From an uncultured virus (IMG/VR IMGVR_UViG_3300020178_000825) (taxonomy: Duplodnaviria > Heunggongvirae > Uroviricota > Caudoviricetes), in IMG/VR virus record IMGVR_UViG_3300020178_000825, positions 1 to 64,000 of that record: a stretch of 64,000 nucleotides of DNA. The stretch is one strand, 5' to 3'. Every line of letters begins with the position of its first letter. Within the stretch, counting starts at the first letter, position 1. This document shows positions 30,801 to 38,500 of the stretch, in pieces. The notes beneath the pieces are model-generated. The model worked only from the letters and a program-made list of their open reading frames with translations. It did no database searches and was not told the origin of the DNA. The position numbers and the translations under genes are program-made.

Positions 30801-33450
30801 GTATAATATTATCTGCTAAATTAATGGTTTCAGTATTAACAGTTGTTGTTGTACCTGTTACTGTTAAGTTACCTTGTACATTAAGAGTTGTACCATCAAA
30901 AGTAAGATTTGATTCAACAGTTGCATTTGGTGCTGAACCATTAAGTGTAATTACACCATTATCAGTATTGCCAGTTAGAGAAAGTGTTCCAGAAGAACCA
31001 GCAGAACCTGAAGTTCCTCCACTTCCGCTTGTTCCAGATGAACCCCCAGAACCCGAAGTTCCTCCACTACCAGCAGTTCCCGAAGAACCTCCACTACCAG
31101 ATGTACCCGAACTACCTCCGCTACCAGCAGTTCCCGAAGAACCTCCACTACCAGATGTACCCGAACTACCTCCGCTACCAGAAGTACCCCCACTACCAGC
31201 AGTTGCAGATGTACCACCCGAACCGCTTGTACCACTTGAACCACCAGAGCCCGAAGTTCCACCACTACCAGATGTTCCTCCACTACCAGATGTACCATCA
31301 CTACCTGAAGTTCCTTGTTCACCACTTGTACCAGATGAACCACCACTACCAGATGTTCCAGAAGAACCACCACTGCCAGAAGTACCAGCAGAACCACCAC
31401 TACCAGAGGTTGCAGAAGTACCTGATGTACCACCCGAACCGCTTGTACCAGATGAACCACCACTACCAGAAGTACCAGCTGTACCACCAGTACCAGAAGA
31501 TGCTGAAGTACCAGACGAACCACCCGAACCAGATGTTCCCCCACTACCACTTGTACCATCATCACCAGATGTACCCGAAGAACCTGAAGTTCCTCCACTA
31601 CCACTTGTACCAGCTGAACCACCTGCTCCAGTTATACCACTCGAACCACCACTACCTGATGTTCCAGATGAACCTCCACTACCACTTGTTCCACCAGAGC
31701 CGGATGTTCCCCCACTTCCAGATGTACCTGCTGAACCTCCTGTCCCAGATGAACCTGTTGTACCAGAAGTACCACCAGAACCACTTGTTCCAGACGAACC
31801 TCCACTTCCTGCTGTCCCAGAACTTCCACCACTACCAGAAGAACCACCAGTTCCACTTGAACCAGCTGAACCCGTTGAACCTGCACTACCACTTGTTCCA
31901 GATGAACCTCCACTTCCAGAAGTTCCACTTGTTCCTCCACTACCCGATGTACCACCCGTACCAGAAGATGCTGAAGTTCCTGATGAACCACCACTACCTG
32001 ATGTACCACTTGTTCCACCAGAACCTGATGTACCAGCAGAACCAGTTGTACCACTCGAACCACTTGAACCCGATGTACCAGCCGTTCCAGCAGTTGCTGA
32101 AGTACCAGCACTACCCGATGTACCAGCTGAACCTCCCGTACCAGAAGAACCTCCTGTACCAGAAGAACCTCCCGTACCACTTGTACCATCTTCTCCACTT
32201 GTTCCACCACTACCAGATGTACCTGATGAACCAGTTGTTCCAGATGAACCACCACTACCTGATGTACCGCTTGAGCCACCAGAGCCGGATGTACCTGAAC
32301 TACCTCCACTTCCAGAAGTTCCACTTGTTCCACCAGAACCAGATGTTCCAGATGAACCTCCACTACCAGATGTTCCTCCACTACCAGATGTACCAGAAGA
32401 ACCTCCACTTCCGCTTGTACCACTTGAACCACCAGAACCAGATGTTCCAGATGAACCACCACTTCCGCTTGTTCCAGAAGAACCACCAGAACCCGAAGTT
32501 CCCGAAGTACCACCAGAACCAGATGTACCACCAGAACCAGATGAACCTGATGAACCAGAGGTACCTGATGTACCAGAAGATGATGCGTTAAACTTTCTTT
32601 GGAATGTACCTGTTGTTGTATCGAAAACTACAACTTCAGAAGAAGTACCTGTTGGTAAATCATCTGCAGTTAAGTTTCCACTAAAATCTATATTACCATC
32701 AACACTTAAATCACCCTTTATACCAACCGAACCAGTGAACTCTTGCTTATCAGAAGCACCATCACCAAATTTGTTTGAACCAGTAGCATAAACTACTGAA
32801 GATGATAAGTATGTTGTATGAAGTTCGGTAGAAGTAATTTTACCTGCTACCGTTAAATCATTTCCTATTGTTACATTGTTACCAACATCTAAATCAGTAC
32901 CAATATCCGCAGATTTATCTACTTTTAAAGTATCATCTGTTCTTAACGAACCACTAATATCTAATGTACCACTTATTTCAGTATCTACATTAATTTCAAA
33001 TCCTAAATTTGGTGAAATCACAGCTTCAGCTGAACCTGATTTTAATTTATCAATATCACCAATGGAATCCGCATTAATATTTGTAATTCCACTACCATCA
33101 CCACTAATTACTCCACCAACAGTTAAAGATTCGGATACATTTAATGCACCACTAATAGATGTATCTACATTTACTTTAAATCCCTTATTAGGTGAAATTG
33201 ATGCTGTTGCGGAACCACTAAATATTTGATTTTGAGCATCGGTTGTAAGAGCCGTTGGTGGTATGTTAAATAATTCCTCACCACTACCACTAAATATGGA
33301 TGCAGATACACTACCTTGAACATTAAGGTCATTGATTATATCAACATTTTCAGTAGATATATCAATTTGCCTTTCCCCATTCACATAAAGTGAAACTAAG
33401 GATTGTGAAATCTGATTTATACCATTTGGGTCTATACCTTTATAGCTCAT
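21850..33450 (-). CDS. giant tail fibre (3866 aa) with Gly-X-Y tract, mosaic repeats and C-terminal peptidase S74 intramolecular chaperone
   Basis: C-terminal YSDERLK...NALSKI..LDGFYY...GLSAQQV..VVPEVV...YDRLIPLVIEGIK followed by a coiled coil; many fibre-type repeats. Confidence 0.88.
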   Translation of the reverse strand: MSYKGIDPNGINQISQSLVSLYVNGERQIDISTENVDIINDLNVQGSVSASIFSGSGEELFNIPPTALTTDAQNQIFSGSATASISPNKGFKVNVDTSISGALNVSESLTVGGVISGDGSGITNINADSIGDIDKLKSGSAEAVISPNLGFEINVDTEISGTLDISGSLRTDDTLKVDKSADIGTDLDVGNNVTIGNDLTVAGKITSTELHTTYLSSSVVYATGSNKFGDGASDKQEFTGSVGIKGDLSVDGNIDFSGNLTADDLPTGTSSEVVVFDTTTGTFQRKFNASSSGTSGTSGSSGSSGSGGTSGSGGTSGTSGSGGSSGTSGSGGSSGTSGSGGSSGTSGSGGSSGTSGSGGTSGSGGSSGTSGSGGTSGTSGSGGSSGTSGSGGSSGTSGSGGSSGTTGSSGTSGSGGTSGEDGTSGTGGSSGTGGSSGTGGSAGTSGSAGTSATAGTAGTSGSSGSSGTTGSAGTSGSGGTSGTSGSGGSSGTSASSGTGGTSGSGGTSGTSGSGGSSGTSGSAGSTGSAGSSGTGGSSGSGGSSGTAGSGGSSGTSGSGGTSGTTGSSGTGGSAGTSGSGGTSGSGGTSGSGGSSGTSGSGGSSGITGAGGSAGTSGSGGTSGSSGTSGDDGTSGSGGTSGSGGSSGTSASSGTGGTAGTSGSGGSSGTSGSGGTSGTSATSGSGGSAGTSGSGGSSGTSGSGGSSGTSGEQGTSGSDGTSGSGGTSGSGGTSGSGGSSGTSGSGGTSATAGSGGTSGSGGSSGTSGSGGSSGTAGSGGSSGTSGSGGSSGTAGSGGTSGSGGSSGTSGSGGTSGSAGSSGTLSLTGNTDNGVITLNGSAPNATVESNLTFDGTTLNVQGNLTVTGTTTTVNTETINLADNIILLNSNETGTPSQNAGIEIERGTASNKQFIWNESSDRWVADSNLQTSGNLYSTGGQLFLNETAGAITKITNENNLSIYSDHLVNFLESDASSTKAVFGLNGGNFSFNTGTLNTSYTMYVNGTFFANTVNTGQGNTEVYLMNQNVRTTDTPKFANLQLSSNNTPTIYFNGTSDGGDGASSDMAIQATPEGLNFIEPEQSNRIQFQILDDTGVNAPYGYQLNGTTVIDTSRNLVNIGTINTGQGATEVYLMNQNVRSSDSPTFNRLTLSQATGTAPLTVSSTTLVSNLNADLLDGQHGSYYAIYDHIRSLGTRAFTNGSNPNITTAQVISEMESDGAFDSYTSVFKTSWSYAGNYNLTDAGRFTETAGSSWITWTDNSSDSTRGNITALAIAPNTGGSAGRVFIYNDQGSSYAPGWREVWTSLSDGAGSGLDADLWDGYQFSDYLNQAVKTNSTPTFSGVYTSNIGINDSGFDVYINFSDANPTFRGQGHGGQFTFYGDKDQNASILYLGSIDAAKIVDAGVAMYAPIYYDSNDDNYYVNPAGTSNLNGLTVNGEINGSIDAATRLSSNTGTESDSFQYWNTINNSTLNPDTNWWYGMRLGHGNASTYYSATLAISFFSDDMRFRRLQAGTYQTWRTIGHDGNIPYAFRMNQDVRTTDSPTFAGLNLGNGNLNTVENIYLDNAIISQGDTNTYIQFHAGDQFRVVTGGSERLEVNNSTTTLATNLQINSHAIDMDLNNVADNAISLREVRNSTWPFVFVTNGVGNDNSSGFWVGSNGYPDMRLRRNDGTVRALISSWERSYVSNGFSISGGTLDMNNNDIVGVDQIIHEGDSDTYIQFHASNEWRVVTGGGERLEVNNTNTTIQNNLIVNGNVTYNGGVNLGDDYTIGKFTYVSIGDLGASGTQARTFEIARLAMDYNDWNDAGTFEVELHEDYYGRGDRKTYTVWWGYYNAWQVYLTDSRVWADNRMQVRIGSPVTISGDIRYVPVYVDVRYYGQVDVMIKTNKTVQYTDNTPSGGQAYINKSPGATNISDFTPDSEVFPTANSGQIAVPRVRFTSTSVGAWNVFNYGGAVGSGNFQDWTNSAGEMNYIQVNNLASGFSNHPTGVYTYGGVLSLRGANHSFQLYAAHTGDLAYKTQWNNDNYSGWRRILDSTNYPYAANMNQYVRTTDSVTFNEIYNNGWFRNNQSGEGLYNQATGAHWVSDADASWTARDSASSIRIRMKTNGSSERGSFYANSSNQIGILDAGGSWAIRHQNDYGTQFYTDGTTEEFRIGRDTVSGNYGTVQTRTTRGGWGGYSINGGWVFMHDHSNAAGIYNDYENEWAILMYRNSYVRLHFNGAGKLETTNTGISVTGNVVGTGTLDMDSKYHILGVSNNWDAVGQYAQTNLHFQGHQMFWIGAGNGTWFTGTANQKSQASGLAADANYAHDLLITTMYSDASYDRGITFAVSNNNDENSGWRLGKWHSGDARDASKLVVDGGLFVKGGYTDEYDYYANDYSSYYSAPAGQPHWGGDSGYFNRPSATFSTAIQIQSGNGGTNSRHPQIQFHQYGYGGPVIEYDGPEDILKFRGNSSRLDWVQFDTSGVSDGLRINYDQIYSYNRPLHLNHSANQNIYMVCASGGNVGIGHDTASQRLDVNGSVIIRTDLYMDNGRIYDVEDIFLNDRIYHDSDTNTYIQFHANDQWRVVTGGGERLEVNNGTTTVQNNLYVNGNRNRIGNGNDDRTHINDMLYVGATDSGDSHLYFGEGGYHAISYGAHWYWDSGYTFSWYMRNNNSDTLMMRYITNNNGYVYWYRHFHMNNYDINYVNQLHFNAGVRFYDDSNNNYLNFQADDTNGPTGIRFRDGNGTQYGYVYGDGDGANFGLLNRDGQWAVRTTNVQTSMYYDGAEKIYTRSDGVYVNGNIFASRFYDTNTSYYLDPASTSYLNDVRVNILYDRGATGYYWHGGSTSRMYAAEFINRVVIGGRFDYNAYNSVGSTRLHFGGGNSDANANYYIGTNLENYGGNYTKLDLRWHTGIRMGAQPGYGGIRMYNNEDLSTMLFSVGRSSQDVEVTYNLRVGGQKAINSRNHHVGSFTNLATAEDWAVSSTGNGAAALGGTFSNNGASNENSIIQDYDPWGRPAIVWRALNNDAGSNSDGGWNKTVSNLDGNKSYMWVTYVKRVGSNTSGTFYLGCSGGETLNMSGSANGNPYFTAFGISGLPQDVWCLVVGIVHANNHPSTSSSGKGGVWRLDTGEKIRGCTDYKMRYTGTRNQTHRTYLYYSTNPAAQLKWWGPGVYEINGNEPSIETLTGNRANDGNGLTFNNASQIIMPAYGGGTVRFRTNTHWDSRTGIDFIGTGTDEFRMSSDSGNLNLRVDGWMYNYDVTYSPRYYDQNSTSYYADPASTSYFNDMRANIYYDRDNTSYYANPGQTSYFNDIRTNIIYDRENTAYYFGSGQGDARMNTARAWNFYADDWFRNYNQYEGLYNQATANHWYADGTYWSIGESDNAKGIRIRDGHQGTIRGYFYAEDNNTIGILDSDGNWAVRVVRDSYVELRDNNEVTFRAGQGGVDGNYGTVQTHGGGKGGWEGYSINGRYVFMSADSSGAGIFNDIDNEWMAYFNRNGSTELMWNGARQMNTDSYGIYVRDQVRAQVYYDHDTGYYGNFNSTSRFNATVTNTSYFGSDTNKGRAQGYGTYSSSMHKIAYMSFDWNAQYDYYYYHGLASTDINGNFSDSMSLNSFNDVNIRLDSNNNNTNSYLRIHDNGAGNSMNVAYIGRENGNAIAYFYNRVYGAIYYDRNDGNYYVDPNGTSQLNRIDINSQIRHRGDTNTYMQFHASDQWRVVTGGSERLEVNNSQIYATRVFRCTQDIIAYYSDERLKDKKGKIGNALSKILSLDGFYYETNDLAKKVGFTEEGLQVGLSAQQVRDVVPEVVHLAPFDSDYDENGNLYSKSGEDYLTIKYDRLIPLVIEGIKDQHKIVSWNNTKMKELEGIIEKQQSEIEELKKLVKQLINKG
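30987..32583 (-). repeat. (S/T/G/A)-(S/T/G/A)-G triplet coding repeat, about 530 aa
   Basis: Gly at every third residue (occasionally Ala); 9-nt periodicity with synonymous variation. Confidence 0.95.
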
Positions 33451-33461
33451 ACATTATTACT

Positions 33462-33794
33462 TTATGTAATTTCTAATACTGATACTACAACATCTGCCGA
33501 TGAATTCACCGAAGATGTTACAGTTATTGAATCGTTTGCTTCTAATACTACTTTTTGCTCCCCACCAACCAATATTGTTGAAGAACCTTGTGGAATTACA
33601 GCACCTTTTAATAAATATTTAGTTACCGATGCAGAGTTATCAGTTATCTGAACATCTACATTAATATTTTGTGATACTATATTTGCCACATTTACACCAA
33701 TCACAGTTGCCGAAGTTGCAGCAGGACAGGTATAAACTGATAAACCGCCTGTTCCAGCGGGTCCTTTAATACTATTTTTAAATGTATTTGCCAT
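33462..33794 (-). CDS. small beta-rich virion adaptor-like protein (110 aa, MANTFK type)
   Basis: VYTCP...VIG..VAN...IP.GS......KVVLEAND.I...VVSVLE; paralogous to both ends of 49329..50192. Confidence 0.75.
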   Translation of the reverse strand: MANTFKNSIKGPAGTGGLSVYTCPAATSATVIGVNVANIVSQNINVDVQITDNSASVTKYLLKGAVIPQGSSTILVGGEQKVVLEANDSITVTSSVNSSADVVVSVLEIT

Positions 33795-33805
33795 ATTTTA
33801 TTCCT

Positions 33806-34123
33806 TTATCCCAAAGCAATTGCAAAAGCGATTGCTGAATCTAAAACATTTACTCCATCAACATTGAACGAATCATCAGGTCCAATGTTAACAGAACCAC
33901 TAACTTGAATGGATTGAGAAACAATTACAGACGTACCACTTGTATTTTCTTCACCAATTGTAATTGTATCGTTTACAATCAATCTATCAAACTCTGCTTC
34001 AGTTACCGATATATCTCCAGTAAAGGAACCAGTAAAGGAACCAGTAAACGAACCACTTAAATCAGCGTATGCTGATAACGATTGTTCAATCGAACCTGAA
34101 AAAATGGGTGAATCTATTCTCAT
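33806..34123 (-). CDS. short fibre-like protein (105 aa) ending SAIAFAIALG
   Basis: SGSFTGSFTGSFTG motif shared with the big fibres; hydrophobic C-terminal peptide. Confidence 0.75.
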   Translation of the reverse strand: MRIDSPIFSGSIEQSLSAYADLSGSFTGSFTGSFTGDISVTEAEFDRLIVNDTITIGEENTSGTSVIVSQSIQVSGSVNIGPDDSFNVDGVNVLDSAIAFAIALG

Positions 34124-34146
34124 TTATCTAATCCATTGGTTATAGG

Positions 34147-34155
34147 TATAAATAT
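34147..34155 (-). promoter_or_regulatory. ATATTTATA motif (putative late promoter)
   Basis: Exact motif 23 nt upstream of the ATG at 34123. Confidence 0.55.
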
Positions 34156-34171
34156 AACTAATTTTTGTTTA

Positions 34172-34630
34172 CTACTCCGGCTTAGTGGGCCAAGTTATTT
34201 CAAATGGATTTGATTGGGATGTAATATCTCTTAATGATTGTCTGTATGTTTGCCATTCAGTTAATTTAGAACCACTAATTGGAGTATCATTCATTTGTGT
34301 CCAATCACATTCACTTAATAAATTATTTCGTATTTCTCTAATTTCTGTCCACTTTTCTTCTTTTCTTTGTGCAATTTCTTCAACAGATGCCGAAGAAGTT
34401 ATCCAATTCTGAACATAAACAGAACCGCTTTGAATTGGAGTACCTTCAACATAATTTTTTTCATAATCGGAATCAATATCAACAGCCACATATATTATTG
34501 GATATGTGTGAAAAGATGCCAATATATCATTTGTTAAGTTTTTTGGAAAACTAACATTAGTATTATCATTCCTTAAATTATCTAAGGTGTATGGATATGT
34601 TATTTCTGAACCGCTTACTTTTATATACAT
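34172..34630 (-). CDS. tail fibre assembly chaperone
   Basis: W..IR..RN.LL.ECDWTQM.D.P...WQTYRQSLRDIT.Q..P..I.WP.KP signature. Confidence 0.85.
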   Translation of the reverse strand: MYIKVSGSEITYPYTLDNLRNDNTNVSFPKNLTNDILASFHTYPIIYVAVDIDSDYEKNYVEGTPIQSGSVYVQNWITSSASVEEIAQRKEEKWTEIREIRNNLLSECDWTQMNDTPISGSKLTEWQTYRQSLRDITSQSNPFEITWPTKPE

Positions 34631-34642
34631 AACTTTATATTT

Positions 34643-35524
34643 TTATTTCCAATTTGCTGGTATTGATGCGTAATTACTTAATCCCGTTGCATTTCTAAAT
34701 GCATATAATCCCAACGGAACTGGATTTCTAGTCCAAAGTTCTGGAGCATTTCCAACTAATGAATTAGAAGTTGTTGGCATTCTAAATACTGAGAAAAATG
34801 TTGTAACTGATGTGCAATTATCGAATAATCCCGTTGGGATTGAACCAATTGATGTACAACTTTTAAATGTTGATGAAAAGTTGGTTACATTTGTATTATT
34901 ATCAAATAACCCAGATGGAATAGCACTTAAACTAAAACATTGGTTAAATGTGGAGTTGAATGATGTTATTTGAGTACAACTATCAAAAAATCCACTTGGA
35001 ATTGATGATATTTGCATAAACGAAAAACTATCTACCAAAGATGTTACATTTACCATATAATCTAATAAACCAGTTGGTAGTGTTGTTATACCACTACTTC
35101 TTAAAAAGTTATCCAAATTAAATATAGTACTTAATCCTTCAAAATCAGTAGTTGGTAATGATGTTAAATTATTACAACCATGAAAGTTTATAGTTCTAAA
35201 TGAGCATTGACCCCAAGAAATAACCGCTGTATATAAACTTCTATATAAGGAATTGTTATCTACCTTAAAAGAAGGTACAGTTCCATTTAATTCAATATCA
35301 TAAGTACCGGCTGAACTAAAAGTATGTAATTTATTCACATCAGATGAAGATTGTATTACATTATCAGTACCATCATCCCAATTTACTGTAAAATTAGGTG
35401 TATTACTCCCATAATCGGCGATAGGCAATTCATATGTTTGATTTGCCGAAGTTGTTACTATTCTAAAAATAAATGATTCCAATTCTCCTCCTGTTACACT
35501 TGTTAATCTTCTTGCTATTCCCAT
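34643..35524 (-). CDS. PKD-like plus BspA/DUF285-type leucine-rich-repeat protein
   Basis: VNWDDGT...HTFSSAGTY.I (PKD-like), then about 25-aa repeats IPSGLFDNxTxVTxFxSTF. Confidence 0.8.
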   Translation of the reverse strand: MGIARRLTSVTGGELESFIFRIVTTSANQTYELPIADYGSNTPNFTVNWDDGTDNVIQSSSDVNKLHTFSSAGTYDIELNGTVPSFKVDNNSLYRSLYTAVISWGQCSFRTINFHGCNNLTSLPTTDFEGLSTIFNLDNFLRSSGITTLPTGLLDYMVNVTSLVDSFSFMQISSIPSGFFDSCTQITSFNSTFNQCFSLSAIPSGLFDNNTNVTNFSSTFKSCTSIGSIPTGLFDNCTSVTTFFSVFRMPTTSNSLVGNAPELWTRNPVPLGLYAFRNATGLSNYASIPANWK

Positions 35525-35540
35525 TTTATATAACTATTTG

Positions 35541-38500
35541 TTAACTCATATTTGCTGCACTTAGGAAACCATAATAAGTTGTTCCCGTATCATAAGTATA
35601 GAATACTAAGATATCTTTACCAGATGTTGTTAGCGTTGGTGCGTTACCATTTGCCCACAATACTCCAGTTGGCCAACTTACTGTAAATGCTCCACCATTT
35701 TCTATCACCAATGTGAATCCAAATGCTTTTGGATTTCCTGGTGGGTTTGAGAATGTAAATGTACAGTTATTATTTACTTCATATTCGAAGTTATTTCCTT
35801 GTTCTAAATCGATTGTTACATTGGCACCAGCTCCTAAATCTTTATAAAGTTCAATAAAGATTTTTGATTCAATATAAACTGAACCTGATATTTGTGGTAC
35901 TTCTAATGTAACTCCATCATAAATAAGATTACTCTCAACAGTTGCTTCATTTCCAGTACCATTATAGGTAATTACACCATTTGGTGTTACACCATTTAAC
36001 TCAAGTAATCCAGAAGTACCAGAAGTACCAGCTCCAGAAGTACCCGATGTACCAGCGGTTCCGGTTGCATCAACTCCAGAAGTACCCGATGTACCACCAG
36101 TTCCAGATGAACCTATCGCAGAAGTACCCGATGTACCACTGCTACCAAGTCCAGATGTTCCATCTGAACCACTTACACCCGAAGTACCACCAGTTCCAGT
36201 TGTACCCGATGAACCACTACTTCCGAAGAATGTTCCATTTAATCCACTTGTACCAGAAGAACCAGCAGTTCCAGATGAACCATCAGTACCTGTTGTTCCA
36301 GAAGTTGCCGATGTACCACTACTTCCGAAGAATGTTCCATTTAAACCAGAAGTACCACTTGTTCCAGAAGTACCAGCTGAACCAGTACTACCAGCAGAAC
36401 CATCTGTACCAGCTCCTGATGTACCCGAAGAACCACTACTACCTTCAGCTGATGTACCTGATGTACCATTAGTACCCAATCCAGAAGTACCCGAAGTACC
36501 AGAACCAGATGTTCCTGAAGAACCAGTTATACCAGAAGTACCTGATGAACCTGCCGAACCAAAATTTGTACCATCTAAACCAGAAGAACCAGAAGTTCCA
36601 GATGAACCATCAGTACCTGTTGTTCCAGAAGTACCAGTTACACCAGAAGTACCTGATGAACCAAAGTTAGTTCCATCTAAACCACTTGTACCTGATGTAC
36701 CAGTCGAACCAGAAGTACCAGCCGAACCTGAAGTTCCAGTTGAACCAGAAGTACCTGATGTACCAGCTGAACCAAAGTTAGTTCCATCTAAACCAGAAGA
36801 ACCCGAAGTACCAGTTGTACCACTACTTCCGCTTGTACCAGCACCAGATGTACCAGAAGTACCTGCTGAACCGAAGAAAGTGCCATCTAAACCAGAAGTA
36901 CCCGATGAACCTAAACCACTTGTACCTGATGTACCAGTCGAACCAGAAGAACCTGATGTACCAGTTGTACCACTAGTACCAAAAAATGTACCATCAACAC
37001 CGCTTGTGCCAGCTGTACCATTTATACCATCAAAACCAGAAGTACCAGAAGTACCAGCTCCAGAAGTACCAGAAGTACCCCCAGTACCTGTTGTTCCACT
37101 ACTACCAAAGAAAGTACCATCTAATCCAGAAGTACCAGCAGTTCCAGTTGAACCGCTTGTTCCATTGATTCCAGATGTTCCAGATGTCCCAGCACCACTT
37201 GTACCAGAAGAACCTGAAGTACCTTCAGCTGATGTACCCGATGAACCTGTACTACCAGAAGTTCCAGTTAAACCAGATGTTCCTGATGAACCAGATGAGC
37301 CAGATGTTGCTGAAGTTCCGCTTGTTCCACTACTACCAAAGAAAGTACCATCTAAACCACTCGTTCCAGAAGAACCTGATGTACCCGCTGAACCATCAGT
37401 ACCAGCTCCTGATGTACCAGCTGAACCGCCCGTACCACTTGTTCCACTACTACCAAAGAATGTTCCATCTAAACCACTCGTTCCAGATGTTCCAGAAGTT
37501 GATGAAGAACCTGATGTACCAGCACTACCACTTGTTCCATTGATTCCAGATGTTCCAGATGTACCACTACTTCCTTCAGCTGATGTACCAGAAGAACCAC
37601 CACTACCAGCAGTTCCAGTTGAACCAGAAGTTCCATCCGTACCTGAAGTTCCACTTGTTCCATTTGTACCAGATGTACCCGCTGAACCTGAAGTCCCCTC
37701 AGCTGATGTACCTGATGTACCACCCGTTCCAGTTGAACCTGCTGAACCCGAAGTTCCAGAAGTTCCTCCACTACCTGTTGTACCACTTGTTCCGCCAGTT
37801 CCAGTTGTACCACTTGTTCCACTACTACCTTCAGCTGATGTACCTGATGTACCTCCACTACCAGCAGTTCCAGTTGAACCAGCTGAACCAGCTGAACCTG
37901 ATGAGCCAGATGTACCACTTGTTCCAGAAGTTCCTGAAGTTGCGCTTGTTCCAGAAGTTCCAGCTGAACCTGTTGTTCCTCCACTACCAGACGTACCCGC
38001 AGTTCCGGTTGTACCCGATGTTCCATCGGAGCCGGAAGTTCCACTACTTCCATCAGTACCAGATGTTCCACTACTTCCACTCTCACCAGATGAACCTGAT
38101 GTACCCGATGAACCAGCTGAACCTGTTGTTCCAGAAGTTCCCGATGTACCATCAGTACCAGAAGTACCTGATGTTCCATTTGTTCCTGAAGTTCCAGATG
38201 TACCAGCAGAACCAGTTGAACCTGAAGTTCCACTACTACCACTTGTACCAGCAGTTCCATCTAAGCCACTCGTTCCAGATGTACCATCAGAACCAGAAGT
38301 ACCACTTGTTCCAGAAGTACCAGCTGAACCAGTACTACCAGCAGAACCTGTTGTACCAGCTGAACCAGTAGAACCAGACGTACCAGCTGAACCCGAAGTT
38401 CCTTGCTCACCAGATGTACCACTTGAACCACTTGTACCAGCAGAACCGCTTGTACCTTGTGCCCCACTTGTACCACTACTACCGCTTGTTCCAGATGAAC

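Noticed and set aside
30602..32791. Long plus-strand Pro/Val/Glu-rich ORF and alternative-frame Gln/His/Val-rich ORFs
   Set aside because: These are shadows of the minus-strand Ser/Gly/Thr triplet repeat, which lacks stops in other frames; they have no independent expression signals.
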